A stretch of 64,000 nt of DNA from Anas platyrhynchos (taxonomy: Eukaryota). The position numbers were made by a program, and so were the translations under genes. Below are positions 12,801 through 27,800 of the stretch, piece after piece (the first letter of the stretch is position 1; each line of letters opens with the position of its first letter). Below the pieces are notes generated by a model that had not been told where the DNA came from, searched no databases, and saw nothing but the letters and a program-made list of their open reading frames with translations. The stretch lies in NCBI RefSeq assembly GCF_047663525.1, contig NC_092587.1, forward strand, positions 188,995,457 through 189,059,456, read 5' to 3'.

Positions 12801-15800
12801 CACCAGCACTCACACAAATTGGAAGTGCAAGGGTCTGAAGTGATTTTTTTTCAGCCAGATAAGATGCTCCTATCTCAGGTTCTGAACCAAATGAGAAAGT
12901 GTTGCAATAATCCAGCACATGAAGTTCATGTGGTGAAGATGACGCTGCTCCTGAAGATTCCTCCTTTGTGATGCCATTATCAAAATTCAAATTTGATTTG
13001 AGACTGCAAGTGTTACTTTGAATTTCAGAAAAAATTCCAAAGCCCTGTGTTGTCACTTTTTGTGAGGTGCTCTCCTGAATAACAGGAAGTCCTTCAGACT
13101 GAAATTGGAAGCTTTCAGTTTCACCTCTGTCACTGAAGAAATAATCTGACCAAGCATCAGTTACTCCTGGGGAACATGCCTGTTTAGTAAAATGACAAGG
13201 AAACAAAATAATTCCAGAAATACTAAGATATTTTCCTCTTTTTAATCAATCTGTTATTTCTTCTTATGTTGTGCACAGTATCATTATGTTGTCATTCTTA
13301 TGTTCAAAATGAAAGTAATACATCAGTTAGACTAAAATGTTCTTACCCTATTGAACCTTACACCGGTCCAATTAAGAGTAAAACTTAAAGTATGAGCGGA
13401 GAGTGTTTTACGTTACTAAGATAAAAACGATGAATATCTGAGTGATAAGTGGTAATTTGGAGCCATGGAAGTTCCACTACTTGATATTGTTTTATATACA
13501 CAGAAGATAGATCTATGTAAACTGAACTGTGCATCCTGCTTGTGCTTACTCAAGCTGGGATGTTCACATGATGCATAGCAATGCTGGTACATGTCTAGTA
13601 GTTGCTGCATACAAGTTAGTGGGCTTGCCACCATACACCAACGTAGACTTCTAGATGTTCTGCTACCTAGGAGTTCTTGGTCCAAAGGATCAGAAAAAAA
13701 AAAAAAAAAGGCTTTATATGAGTTGACCTAAGTTATAGTACACACATACACTGGGACAATTTAAATAGAATAGAATAGAATAGAATAGAATAGAATAGAA
13801 TAGAATAGAATAGAATAGAATAGAATAGAATAGAATAGAATAGAATATCCTGAGTTGGAAGGGACCCTTAAGGATCATCAAGCCCAACTCTTGACACCGC
13901 ACAGGTCTACCCAAAAGTTCAGACCATGTGACTAAGTGCACAGTCCAATCTCTTCTTAAATTCAGACAGGCTCGGTGCAGTGACCACTTCCCTGGGGAGC
14001 CTGTTCCAGTGTGCAACCACTCTCTCCGTGAAGAACCCCCTCCCGATGTCAAGCCTAAATTTCCCCTGCCTCAGCTTAACCCCGTTCCCGCGGGTCCTGT
14101 CACTGGTGTTAACGGAGAAAAGGTCTCCTGCCTCTCGACACCCCCTTACGAGGAAGTTGTAGATTGCGATGAGGTCTCCCCTCAGCCTCCTCTTCTCCAG
14201 GCTGAACAGGCCCAGTGCCCTCAGCCGTTCCTCGTACGTCTTCCCCTCCAGGCCTTTCACCATCTTCGTAGCCCTCCTCTGGACACTCTCCAACAGTTTC
14301 ATGTCCTTTTTATACTGTGGTGCCCAGAACTGCACACAGTACTCGAGGTGAGGCCACACCAGCGCAGAGTAGAGCGGGACAATCACCTCCCTTGACCTAC
14401 TAGCGATGCCGTGCTTGATGTCCACATTCTTAATACATTGTGATAGTCCACATTCTTAATACATTACAGACTACAGGTTAAGATGATGTTCCTCGGTTGT
14501 TTTAAATGCACATCATGGTCACTTACAACATAATTTAATAGACAAATAATGATTTACTTGATTCCCCTACAAAATTTCGAGATATAAAGCCTCAACCTGT
14601 TACGACTTCATGGGCTAAAAGAATTATAGGTGCTAGCTAATTTCTAAAGTCAAGAAGTACCGTAACTAGCAAACATCATATTTCACTAGTTCATGATTCT
14701 TGCATTGCTCCCCCTCATCCCAGGGACTGGCCTGTTTCATGCCAGGAATATTTCCTCTTCTTACAGTTATGCTTGCCCCCCATTCCCAGTAATCTCTTTG
14801 CTTTGGCTGTATCCCTCTGCTAGTGGAGACTTAGGTTTGGATCAAAACCTTGATCTTCCTTGAAGGCCCCTCCCCCCCGACTTCTTAGAGTGAAAGTGCC
14901 TCTATCCAACAATCTACCAGCAGCAGAAACAAAAGCAAGAAGCATCCATTTTCACAGACCTCTTGCTTGTTATTTCGAGAGTTGGCTACCGGTCTGTGAC
15001 ATATGGATGAACTACAGTCAAGTGAAGCAAGAAATACAGTTTGATCTAATAATGGGCAAATGAATTTCAGCTGAGGACTTAGAAGAGTGGTAAAATAGGC
15101 AAGGTATTTTGTAGCTGAATGTGGTGTATTGTAGTGTAGGTAAGAGTGCATATAGTCAGCAAAACACAGCTAAGCAAGCTAAGATCAGTATGACAGCTGG
15201 CATCCCTGTTTAAGACAGCATCAGCAAGGATGGAACTATGAGCCAAGTGCTATCTATGCTGTGGACATTTAAGAGTAGTTCAAGCAGTGCAACAAAACTA
15301 TTAATGAATTCTCTCATAAGAATACATTAGTGTACATAAAGCCTTGAATTCAAGAAGGGTTCGTTTCTGCTGGAAGGTAGAAGAGTCCTATATCATATCT
15401 TCTTTCAAAATTTCTCATTTTATTTTTTAAAATGTACTTTATTTTTGGGACAATAAAATTCTACACAGTACTTGTCTGGAGTTAATGACTTTTAAAATAA
15501 TTTAAAATTGACCTAATTTCATTAACAATTGCTGTGTATTATCACATAAAATACAGCAGCACAGCTGGATAATAAATGAGAAATGTTAGCAATAAAAACA
15601 TATATTAAATATAGTTACCTGGGAAAATCCTTCTGAAAATAAAATTTCAGATTCCACTGGCTTTTGGTCCCAGTCCATGTATGGTAAAATATCTACATTT
15701 TCTTGTGCTATAATTTCCGGAATGTTTGGAACATCAGCAGGACAAATTTCATTAGCATCCTAAAACAAAATTTATCACAGTTACAAACTTGAAAGTTCCT

Positions 15801-18800
15801 TCAATTTTTAATTCTTAGTTGTGACAGATGATGTCATAACAGAGAGTGCATTTTTTTCTGTGAGTATGAAATGTGTTGAAAACAGAAAAAGTGGATAATG
15901 CAGTACATTAAAAATACTCAGTGTATACCAATAAGCAGCAAACATAACTTCACAGTTAGATATTTAACTTCAGGATGAGATGAATCAAGCTCTAGAAATA
16001 TCTATTTATTTCAGGTGACAATAAAAAGTCAAACATGACCAATTTATCACTAAATGTACATACACATATATGGTCAGATGAATTCCCATTCTTTTTGCAC
16101 CATCTACTACTTACTCCAAGTGATACCATATTGCTTATCACGATACCATTTTCCATTTGAAAATTCTTTTTACAGACTTTCGAACTTCAAAATTGTCATT
16201 TGTATGTATTTGTTTCCATTTGCTGCAAAGTTTTGCTTTTCCTACCACTGTTCTAATTTTGGAAACAAACAAAACTTTCCATAGTTTACCGCAGTATTAG
16301 AAGATAATTTTTTCAAGTTTTGATTTACTTCTTATTACCACCTGATACAGACTGCCCCGGAATGACCTTTGCCAGTCCAAACCCATTACTTAAAGAGTAT
16401 TTTTTCATCTGGACTTTTCCTTTGACCCATTTGGCTTCCACAGCACTAGCACAAATTACAAACCCTTGTAGCAAATCACAACAGGAGAATACTGACTGTT
16501 TGAGGTCTGATTGTAAGGTAAGGACAAGCAATATATGAAATAGAAAACAAAAATAACTTGCTGTATTGCAGAAGGAGCCAGAATCATTTCAAAAAAACAT
16601 AGTTCTAGCTCTATTTTAAATTAAGAAACATTGTTTATTGCAAAGGAAGACTGGTTTTGATGTGTGCAAGGTTACAGAATTTAGAGTCTTCACAGAAAAG
16701 CTAGTGAGAACAAGGTATTTTGTAGAAAACATACCCTCTTCTCAACTGCAATGAAGCTTGTAAACTGGGTTATAATTGAGTTCTCCAAGCTAAGACGAAT
16801 AATCTTGTTTTTCAAGACTTGTTTCTTCATCTGTATTGGCAAGTATTAACAAATGAAAGAGGCAGAAAAAATACAATCAGGTAAAAGACACAGAAATGCC
16901 AAAACCAAATATATAAAGATACTGATGCACTCTACATAGGGACATGTAAAAGGAAGGTCTCATGAGAATATAGTGGCCTGACTCTGCTCCTTCTAACTTT
17001 TTCTACGTCCTCACTTAACTTTGATAGAGACATGTAGTTACACACTTCTTTCAGTTCTGTACTTCCTCTTGTGTAAGAGAAAGCTGTACCTTATTTAGGA
17101 TTAGTTTGAAGCCCTAGGTAAGCCAAGATGACAAAGTAATAAGTTTTTAAGTAGCTAAAACTTACATCTGTTTTAAAAGATCATTAAATCTGTCTATCTG
17201 TAAAACCGAAGTCATTATCTTCCACCCTATTCTATACAAAAGCCAAGAATGCAAAATACAAAAACCAGTTATGTTTTGATCTTCTGGAGACAAAAATGTT
17301 ATATGACAGGGAAAGAAGAACCACCAATGGTCTGCAATGACAATGTATAGATTAGGAAAAATAGGTACATGTTATGCCAATTTTCTCATAATGGGGAAGA
17401 ACACAGTTAAAACATGTTTAACTGCAGTTAAAAGGAAAATGTATTCCAATATGGTGACCTTAACCTTAAAATGACACTGGAACTTCAACCTTAAAGTTAT
17501 GTTTAACAAAGCAAAAAAAAAACTCCATTCCATTTAAATGTTTGCCATTTGTCATTTTAAATATATACTTTTGCTTTTAGATTATCAAACCTCATGTTCT
17601 GTTTCATTCTCATGAAGAATCCCATCTTCATAGTCCCTAATGAAAGCTCTTGCTGTGAGTTTGTGTAGCACCTAGAAAGAAATTAATGGTGTTGAAAAAA
17701 AATAATATAAAATATTCCTTTTATTTATGAGATCCAGGCAGTTAGCATCCATATTTATCTAATTTTCTAATTGTCAGACTAACCTTTCATTTAAAAAGCA
17801 ATCATAACCTGTACATAAGGTACATTTTCATTTCACTTAACTTTAGCAAACTAAAAGATACCCAGGTCTTTTTCTTGTTGCACACATTCTCACTGGGGTA
17901 TGAGAAAAAGCAAAGAAATGGATGAACAGAAAAAACACCAGGCAATCCATCCCATCTTGAAAAAGCTAACTAAAACAAGTAGGAAGCTTCCCTCTTCTGG
18001 AGGAACACATTTCCCTACAGTGACTGTAACTGGAGCCCAGACAATTTCCTCACTCTTAAGTAAGAATATCTAGATAGCTGAAGTTAGGTAAATTAGTCCT
18101 GTGCATAAAAATACAGAATTTGGGGGAAAATTAAATTGAATCTGGAGTGTTTAACTTTGAACAATTCATTAGGTCTATAAAAATCAAGTCATTTCTGACC
18201 TGGGGATTTATATGCAGAAAAAGGGAATACTGAAACCTATTAACTAGAATTTGCTTTTTAAAACGGAACCAGTCTTTCATGGGAAATAAAAATACTTTCA
18301 GTCTGCTCAATATTCTAAAGCTAACAGAGAGAGGGAACACTCTCTCTGTGTGGCAAAGTTTTGCTGTATTCCAGCTCCAATTGCTCAAACATTCCCACTA
18401 AGTCATTTTTGGAAGAAGACTGTAGATGCTGGAGAAAGGCACTACTGTGGAGCACCTCATAAGCCAGTATTTTTTTTTTTGTGCTAAGGTGAAATGACAA
18501 AAGAAATGGGTAAGAATTCTCAGAGTTCATCTAAAGCATCAATAATTAATAATTTGTGTCTCATTTCGGCCCTTTTAAAAATCATTTTACCATTTCAGCT
18601 TACACTTTTCAAAGCCCTATTTTTTTAACTACCTCTGGAATTTGTAGTATAGGATTTTTTTAAAAAAGCATTAATTCTTTATGGCAAGCAATTGCATTGC
18701 TTCTGCTTGCCAGTTTCATTTGTCTGTAGAAGGGCATATCCATGGAAACCAACTGTCCTTAGACTACAACCCACAATAGTAGCTTTCAAAGTGGATTACA

Positions 18801-21800
18801 CTAAATAAGGAACAAAGTCATTTCTATTTGAAAACAAATCAGCTCCTTAGTGGGGAAAGGGTGAGAGTCATATCAGAATTATTACTGAAGAATAACTATT
18901 CTGTTGATTTTTCAAGTGTAGACACCTCTTAGATCTAATAAATGGTTCTTTTCAGCTTGTTTTCCTTTTCAACACCACTGCAGAGCTTTCCTCTATATAA
19001 ATACTCTGAAGTTACTTGGTTACTGAAGCAGCTAAAAGGCTAGTACTACTTTAATATCTATAAGTATCTAAAATGAAAGACTGATGACAAGATTCTCACA
19101 TAGTAACAACGTACAACTTGAAAGAGAATGCTGCAGCAGCTCCTTCACACAAGTCACCTGACAAAGAAGAGCAAATGCAGGGACAAAGCTAGAGCCCAAA
19201 GAAGTTGCTGGAATAAGAAGCAGCACTTTCAGTTCTGAGAAGTTCAAGTTTCATGCTAGAAAGCACAGAGAAATGTGGCACTTCTATGTAAAATAGTTTC
19301 TTTGTAAAAGCCTGAAGATGGGAGGTGTGTTGAAATGTCAGAAGCAAAAATAATACTGCAAGAACTGAAAACAGGGGTTTTAATTCATTCAAAAGAGCCC
19401 AAAGCAGCATGTTGTTTAAAGCAGCTTCTCTCACTATATGTGCACGTAATGTTGGCCAAACTCACTGTTCCTGTTGTCTTCTGTAATTCAGTAGTTGACA
19501 CCACAGTTTGTAGTTCTTTGTCATTTATTATTGCTTTTAAGGTGGCCTAAAAGGGGGGAAAAAAAAGTTTTATTCTCTTTGTCTTGTACTGTGTTACTTG
19601 CACACATGCATGCTGTTCCATGTTCTGAATGCAACTCAAATCTGAAACTCTCTGCATGTCTGTGTTTAAAAACACTTCCCCTTACAACAAGGGGACACTC
19701 GCAAATCTTGTATTTATTGAAGTATAATAACATGCACATTAAATAAGGTAACCTTTTCCTCTCTACTTCTTATTGGGAAGACTAATGATGGCATTTAAAT
19801 AGTAATTTAATTGTATTTAGCAATGAAAATGAAGCTAAGGATATACTGCATAAAGGGTATATAATACAAAATTAATATAATAAAATAGAATAGGACCTCT
19901 GCAATCTTTTTATATGTGAATTTCTATCCAGTAGTAAGTGTATATCCCAGTCTTTACCTGAGTACAGTGAGGGACAAATCCATAGACAAGAAGCCTCTCA
20001 TTGGTAAATAAAGACTGTATTTGAGCAGGAGCCTGCATTGGCTCCGGTTCATTTGTATTAAACTGTTGCCATTTAATAGAAACAGAACTGCATCCTGGAG
20101 AAAATATTCTGGACACCTGGCGCTGTATCTGTGTAAAGATAGAAAACAAATTAGCTCTGTTTCCTTCTAGGCTTTTAAGAGAAAATACAATCTCTTAATA
20201 CAATAATAATAATAATAATAAAAAACAAACAACAACAAAAAAAAAAAACAAAACCAAAAAACACAACACCCATACTTCCCATGTGAATTGACCTAATTTC
20301 CTTTCTTTTTTTCCTTCTTTCTGATACAACTAAAGCCACATACTTCTAAAATTTTTGCCACATACTGGTACAACTGAGTCAAAGGATAATCACTCAGCTC
20401 TTACTGTACCAGCTTTGGGAAAAATGAGACTTCTTTTAAGTGAAAGCTGAGATTTCAGAGTAAAGTTTCTATTCATCAGGGTTGCCAAACAGGCTAGGGA
20501 ATATGGCCTGCTAGACACAGCACCTCCTGCGTGTGAACTCTGAGACGTGTGAACAGTTCTGCAGATCTCCGTGGTCTGCTCAGGATAATTTTGCATCCTT
20601 CAAATGACAGCCAGAATAGCCAGAGGATAGATCTTCATTCTTTCCCCCAGACAAAAACATGCCATGCCAGCTATTAGCCGTGCTGGAGCCCCTTCCCTAC
20701 TAACACTGTGTCAGGAGGGACCAGATTCAAGGCACAGCATAGAGCTGTAGGCACATAACTACTGGGAAACCCAGAAGCACTGCACATGGGGTCCTATGTT
20801 GCCTGAAACTTCCAGAAGCACCAACAGACCAAAGACCAAGAATACAGTTTCTACAGGCCTCAACACTACGGCAACGACAATGTAGATCGCCTGTGACATC
20901 CAGGACAGAAGCAAAACTCTGGTTTTCCATTCAGAGAGAATTATTTACATAGTTTGACACCATAAACTTTTTCCAATTTGGTGTATTTGCAGTCACCAAG
21001 AAATACAGATCTCTCTCAAAAAGAATAGAAAAACTAAAATAAATCTTGGTTTCCTTGGTTTATTTTATACATTAAGTGACCAATCTGAATGAGAAGGTGG
21101 GGCAACTGCAGCAATAAATTCCCTCCCTTATCAAAGAACTGGGGAAGCTCCACAGCTCTCTATCCCGTCTAACCCATGTTCCTGCTGAAAATAAGGCATG
21201 CACACAAAAGACAATCACTATCAGATATTGATAGGTCAGGCAATGATCACATATTGAGTATATTAAGGATTTGTAAGCGTACCTTTGTCTCCCAGTTATG
21301 CTTTGATTTTGGGTCAAAATATTCAAACGCTCCAGCACCATACTGGGACAAAGACCTCAGCATGTGTCGATTTGCTGCGGAACTAACAACATAAAAAATT
21401 CTTCATGTAATTAGTGAATTAAATCATTAAGTCACCTGATACCATTTTTACATCTGATACCACTTCTAAATATCTTGGTTTTAATTAGTACTGCAAGGCT
21501 TGTGAATTTGATTTTTTAAATTCCACCCCTTTCTCAGGGTATAGACCAACAGAAAGCAACTGAGCCAATTAAAATCATGCTGTATTACAGATTTCCCAAT
21601 AACATTTGAGCAAATTATATGACTTATGAGCTTTTACGTGTCCTACTGCAGGGCTCTGAGGAGAAATTAACTTATGTCCCAACACCACTAAGGCTGATCA
21701 AAATGATGCTAATCTTGAAGTAATTAACCTCAGTCTCAGCAGAGCTACGTAGTATGGGCACAGTCATCTTACAGGGAGCGTCACTTTCTAGACAACATGG

Positions 21801-24800
21801 ATATAACCGATATGATAACACGTATTAGCCTGAAAGAACAGCAGGCTAATGGTCTGACAACTAGGAAGCTATCATTGGTATACAGACAAATGAGAGCTTC
21901 TAGAGGATTACAGGAGAACAATTAATCAGATGAGAATTCTCGTGGGTGAGAAACAGCACGCTCTCTCTCGGATCTTTGTCAGACAATAGCAGATTCACTC
22001 CTCAACAGGACCACACCACTGTCTTAGAGAAATCTAGTGAATCCTCACCAAATCCCCTCCAGGCAAAATTAAACAGTACAATTGTATTTTATAACAAGAA
22101 CACATAACATCTTGAACTTAAAAAGGTTTACCGCCCTTTTAAAAGCTTTTTTTTTTTCTTTTTTTTTTTCTTTTACATATTTGCTACTTATATAACTCTA
22201 TCAAGTACAAATCTTGCACTATTTAAAAGTTTTTGTTCAACCTTTCAACCTGATCTAGTGGAAGGTGTCCCTGCCCATGGCAGGATGATTGAAAATAGAT
22301 CATCTTTATCATCCCTTCCAACCTAAACCAATCTATGATTCTGTGATTTTTTTTTCCACTCACCTGCTGAGAATTATCAGAGATAAAACTAATGTAGTAT
22401 TCTCTGTTAATTCAACCTTCTAGAAAACACTCTGTCTACACAAAAGTATGAACCAGAGAGCGAGCTTCTCTTTTACACCTCTTTCCCAATTATTGCTTTA
22501 CCAATGGAACATATTAAATAGATCCTGCCTCATGAAGGTAGACTTATACAATAATGTCAACCATTAGTGTTATAGGTCTAGAGGAACCATTAAAAACCAT
22601 GCCCTCTCAGACTGTCAGCACTAAAATAATCTGTCCCCAGGACAAGTTCAGTCATATTAATAATATGAATGTAAAGTATGCTGAACACAAAATGACTGCA
22701 AATACATTGGAAAGGATTTCAGCATATTAGTGGGCACACACCATATCTGTTCTTTGTTGTGTGTTGATGCAAAGGATTACACTGGAAGAGCACTGGGATG
22801 TTTGGTACATGGCCTGAGCAGTGTGCTCATGCAGTGCTGGGAGAAGGCCTGCAGCTCCCAACCAGGAAACACTGATAGAGCCCTGATGAAGTTATCATTA
22901 AAAACATTCTAGAAGAACATGACTCTCACCACTGGTCTTTATTTTGATGTGTCCTTGCCAGCCTCCCTAGGATACAGTAAGAAGCTAACACTCTCTGACT
23001 CCCTCCCATCTAAGCCTGGCAATCTGAAACATGCAACTGTAACCCTTTATTTTTAGTCACATCTTTCCAGTTTGTTGTTACTGTACAGTTAAACTAAATC
23101 ACAACGAATTTCAGTGAGGTTTTGCTTGTTCCTGTGATTGCTAAGAACTCTTTTTAACACAGATGGCATCTTATAGCCAGCCATATACCAGAGTTTATAC
23201 CAGATGTTTCCAAACTTCATTCTCTCTACTATTGCCATCACTATGACAGATCTGTGCTGAGTCACAGTGGTAGCAGTTGCTCCTGCTCCCCCACTCTGGG
23301 TAGGTAGTCAGAGAAATATCCTTCCTGCCTGCCATCATTTGAGAAGAGGAAGCATGAATTTGGCTGTTCAGCAAAAACATTGACTGTGCTGGAGTAGTTA
23401 CTCCCTGTTTTGCCTAGTGAAAGGCAGAGGCTGGTTTTGGGTTGAGGAGGTTTATCTTCACATTATTGTGAAATCTGTTGCATTCCAGTAGTGAAATGTA
23501 TCAAAGGTTTGGGAAGCTAGTGCTTTCATTGTCTTTAAGTCATTACATTCATTACATTCATTGTCTTTAAGTCATCACCTTACAAACAAATGAAAATTAA
23601 ATCATGAAATTATACAACTATTAATGTTAAATTGAGATCCCACTATCAAAATGAGACTTTACAAAAACATGAAATGCGAAGTTTTAGAATGTTAACTCTC
23701 ATATTTTCCAATTATATTCTTAGATAGTAGTTGTTATAATGAAGAAAGATATTAATAGGTAAGGCTACCTGCACATGGAATTAAGTTTATTGTAGGTACC
23801 TTATCACTGAAATTCCTTATAAACATTTCTGCATTTAATCTAAACTCATACATACATTTAAGACAGTACACTCAAACATCTGACTGTTCTCAGCTTATTC
23901 ACCTCACATTTCAAATTAATTATCTGTCACTTAAAATAAAATTGCTGGCTAACTTTGTACTTACCCAACACCACATGTAAATAACCTTGTATGGTAGACA
24001 TTATCTTTCACAATCTGGAACGTCACACTCTCATTCTGAATGTGTCCGTCAGATATAAGAAGAAGGTTTCGGTATCCTCGAGAAGGAAATAGCAAACTTA
24101 AGTAACGTAAGGTCTTCCACAGATCAGTGTTTCCCAATGTTGCAGTAGCTGACTGAAAAGTAAAGTATTACAATATTAGTTTGAGCTTAACTTACCTTTT
24201 TTAAATAACATATAATGTAAAATTTATTATTTAGTATACAGTTCTTCTAGTTCCCAAATATAAATGGTTAATTCTTAAATTTTATTTTGTTCCTGCTCTT
24301 CCATAGTTATGCTTAGAGATGGAGTTTAAGGTTCATATCATCCTGTATTTTCTCTGGCTTAGGCAAAACAATGCATAGGCAAGATATGTAAGAAAAATTA
24401 TAAATTCTTCTCCTACAATATTCTCAGAGCTTTTAGTTATCAGTGGTTTGGGGATGTCCTGAACGATTTTCGTCCAGATTACTCCGTCTAAGAGCCATCT
24501 TTTAATTTGTTTAACCCACTTTCTGAACTAACTACAGTTTACCCTCAATAGCAAGTGTGACAAGGAGTTCCTCTGTGTATTATGCTGTTTTTCAAGTGAC
24601 TTTGTACATGGGCAGAAAGTAGTAGGACAAGGGGACAAGTGGTAGGACAAGTTTAAACTAAATGAGGGGAGATTTGGATTAGATTCTTTACTCAGAGGGT
24701 GCTGAGGCAAGTTACCCAGAGAATTTGTGGATACCCCATCCTTGGAGATGTTCAAGGACAGGTTGGATGGGACCCTGTGCAACATCATCCAGTGGGTGGC

Positions 24801-27800
24801 ATCCCTGCCTGTTGCAGGGGATTGGAATTAGATGATCTTTAAGGTCATTTCTAACTCAAGCCATTCTATGATTTGATGATTCTGTTTAGTTTCCCTTTTA
24901 AATCCACCAACTGATCATTTTGTTGGATAGCCTCTGATACCTAAGAGGTGAGAAACAGCAAATACTCATCCAAAAGTATTTTTTCTTGTCACTGAAATTC
25001 CTTTGGCCTAAATGCTGGCTTCACTTACAAATTATAGATTTCCAGAAGGAAGTCTAAACATGTGAAAGCACTTCTTTACTGTGCAGATGAGGGAGCCCTG
25101 GCACTGGTTGCCCAGAGAGGCTGTGGAGTCTCTTCCTTGTAAAACTCCAAAAACTGTCTGGATGTGGTCCTGGGCAGCCTGCTCTGTGTCCCTGCTTGAG
25201 CAGGGGTTAGGACCAGGTGACCTCCGGAGGTCCCTTCAAACCTCAGCCATCCTGTGATTCTGTGATTTTGTGAAGGAAATAATTTCCTCTCTTGTGCTGT
25301 GAGCAGGCAATGAGAGGCATGAACTCCAAAAGACAAATTTAGGAGGAAACACTGAAAAAATGTTCTTACACTTATATCTACTTAGCTTCAAAATAACAAC
25401 TTAAGCAATCACCTTAAACTAAACAGGAATTAATATTCAGATGTGGCTGTGCTTGTTACTAGGGAAAATAGGTCTAAATTATAGTCTAAATTATATAAAA
25501 AAATAATCTTAAAAGCTGGCTTAAAGAAAAAGAAAACAGGATGAAAGGTTGGATAACTTCTGCAATGATAAGCATTCCTTTTAAAGCAACATTGTTTAGA
25601 ATACAACCAAACTGATTTACTTACTGTAATAAACTCAGTTAGTGATGCCAGATCCTTTATGTTGCCCTTTGAAAATGGGGAAAATTCTATGAAATCTGTG
25701 AACAAAGATTGACATTAGGAACATTAAAATATTTAGCATGTGGCAACACTGCGGAAACACAAGTTTAAGTTTTATGACTAGAGTATCAGAGCAGAAATAT
25801 AGCATACTGCTACACGTTCCAGGTTGCAGTTCAGTGTATTAAGCTGGTCTGATAATAATGATGCACATAAAATTAAGTCTTGGCAAGAAGGTAAAAGGGG
25901 GCTCATAGTTAAAGAGGAAACAGAAACTCACTTGTGCCGAATTTGACTACATTCACATTTTGTCTGAAACGAAGTTGTTTCAAAGCGTGTAAGGCAATCT
26001 GCTTTGCTTCCCGTAACATTGCACCTGCCATGGAATTTGAGCAATCTAATAAAATAATAATTTCACTGGACAGCTGCTCATCATCAAACGCTGCTTCAAA
26101 CTCTGGTTGGAATACGAGCATGCAAGCCTACAGAGACAGAAACAAAATCAGTGCAGTGAGCAAATGCTATTGCATTCGAAGTGTACTCAAGCATCTTCAT
26201 TTTTCTCATTATGGAATGAGAACAACATACAGCCATATTTGAAAGTTTGAGTTAATATATTTAATTTAATCGCATTTAGTGAGAAGTGCAACTTCTCTAT
26301 CCTTTACATATACCTCAAGCCTCACATGAATAACTGAAAAAGGAATTATGATGTTCAATGTTTTTATCCGATTTACTCTTCGGCAAACAGCATTGGACTC
26401 TCTTCTCAAAGTTAAAAGAAAATCACAGATATTTTTTATAATCATCACTGCCACCATCAGTTTGTTTGAGGGACTAGAATTAAAAAATACATACATGCAA
26501 AGCAAAGAAATGCATATTGTCCTTGCTAAGAACAGAGATGCTATAAAACACAAAGGCTTTCAAAAGTGCAGCAATGAAATGCTGGAAGGAGTGAAAATGT
26601 TTCCAATAGCACAGAAAGGTTTGTAGTCTGGAAGCACAAACAGAAATGTTTTTCTTTTTCCTTTCCTCAGGGGAATATCTGTATTATTGAAGGCATGAAA
26701 CAAATGTCCCTGAACTAATCCTTTTAAACTAAACAATTCTTACTAAAAGAAGAAAAATAGGAGACATCATTGTCAAAAAGAAAACAATCTAATCTGTCGT
26801 TTTACTCCTTTTACTCAATTTCAGAATTGGATTGAGAGATTGTTAATACCAAGACTTTACATTTCACCTCTGCAGCATTTTCAAAATCAAAAAGCATCTG
26901 AAAATAGCTGGAAGTGCCACAGACTTCACTTTTATACCAGAAAAGAACAGCTGTGGTCACAAAAAATGGAGGAGGATGAAACAGTTTCTAATAACCTGGA
27001 ATCACATATTTTAAGATATGCTCTTAAATTCTAAATGTATTTATTTCTCAGGCAAGGAGTGGATGAAGGTAAAAAGAGGTTAAACCGTTCTTTTCTTTCC
27101 TATTCAACCTTTTGTTAATGTTTTCCAGTTGTAATAATGAGCTCTTCTGTGACACAGCTATTTGTCACATTCTGTTTGTAGCTGATACAGAGTGTTTGAA
27201 CTGCTTTCTGTGTCTTTTTCACTTGTTAGTAAAAAATATGAGATTTAAATGCCTTTGAAAATAATCACTGCAACAGTAATAACCACAGCAGAACACAATC
27301 TTCTAAGAAGGCCGTGTGCCTTAAAAACCCACTGCTGGGTTATATAAATATTTGTGTGAGAGTTGTAAATATTGTTACAAATATTATTGTAATATTATTA
27401 CAAATTTAATGATTTAAAATGTTATTTATTTTCTAGTTAGAATACAGACTGCATGACTCTGAAGCTACTTAGTTCCAGCCTCAGCCACAACTTATTTGTT
27501 CACTTCCATTTCTGTAAGTGCAACATCTGCATCAAACAGTGTAGTCACATTTCTATGAAATACAAACAGGAGCATGACAGTTAGAAAAAAAGTGTTTTAA
27601 CAGAGATATGATTGGACACTGCGTTGAAACTGTGCCTCAACTTTCAGTTTATTACAAGGCAAAGGATAAAATAAAAATCAACAAGATTCTATGGAACTGA
27701 AAACTAGTTTTTGAAGAATACTCAGTTTAATAAAGAGATTAAATAGAATACTGTCTATGGTGTGGAATTGTTCTTTCTTCATGGGCTACCCATCCAAATC

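Noticed and set aside
12448-12971. Plus-strand ORFs 12448..12702 and 12699..12971
   Set aside because: Antisense to the large PARP4 exon (12517-13179). No homology. Expected by chance opposite a long coding exon.
13754-13847. Regular 6-bp periodic array. Briefly considered as a CRISPR-like or satellite array
   Set aside because: No spacers; perfect AGAATA microsatellite attached to a CR1 tail in a eukaryotic intron.
13928-14395. ORF 13928..14395 (+, 155 aa) and 14169..14351 (+)
   Set aside because: Antisense reading of the CR1 ORF2 fragment. The minus-strand frame carries the recognisable CR1 RT C-terminus.
20480-20940. GC-richer block with ORFs 20390..20596(-) and 20727..20930(-)
   Set aside because: No coding homology and no PARP4 phase compatibility. 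Possibly an unclassified repeat. Insufficient evidence.
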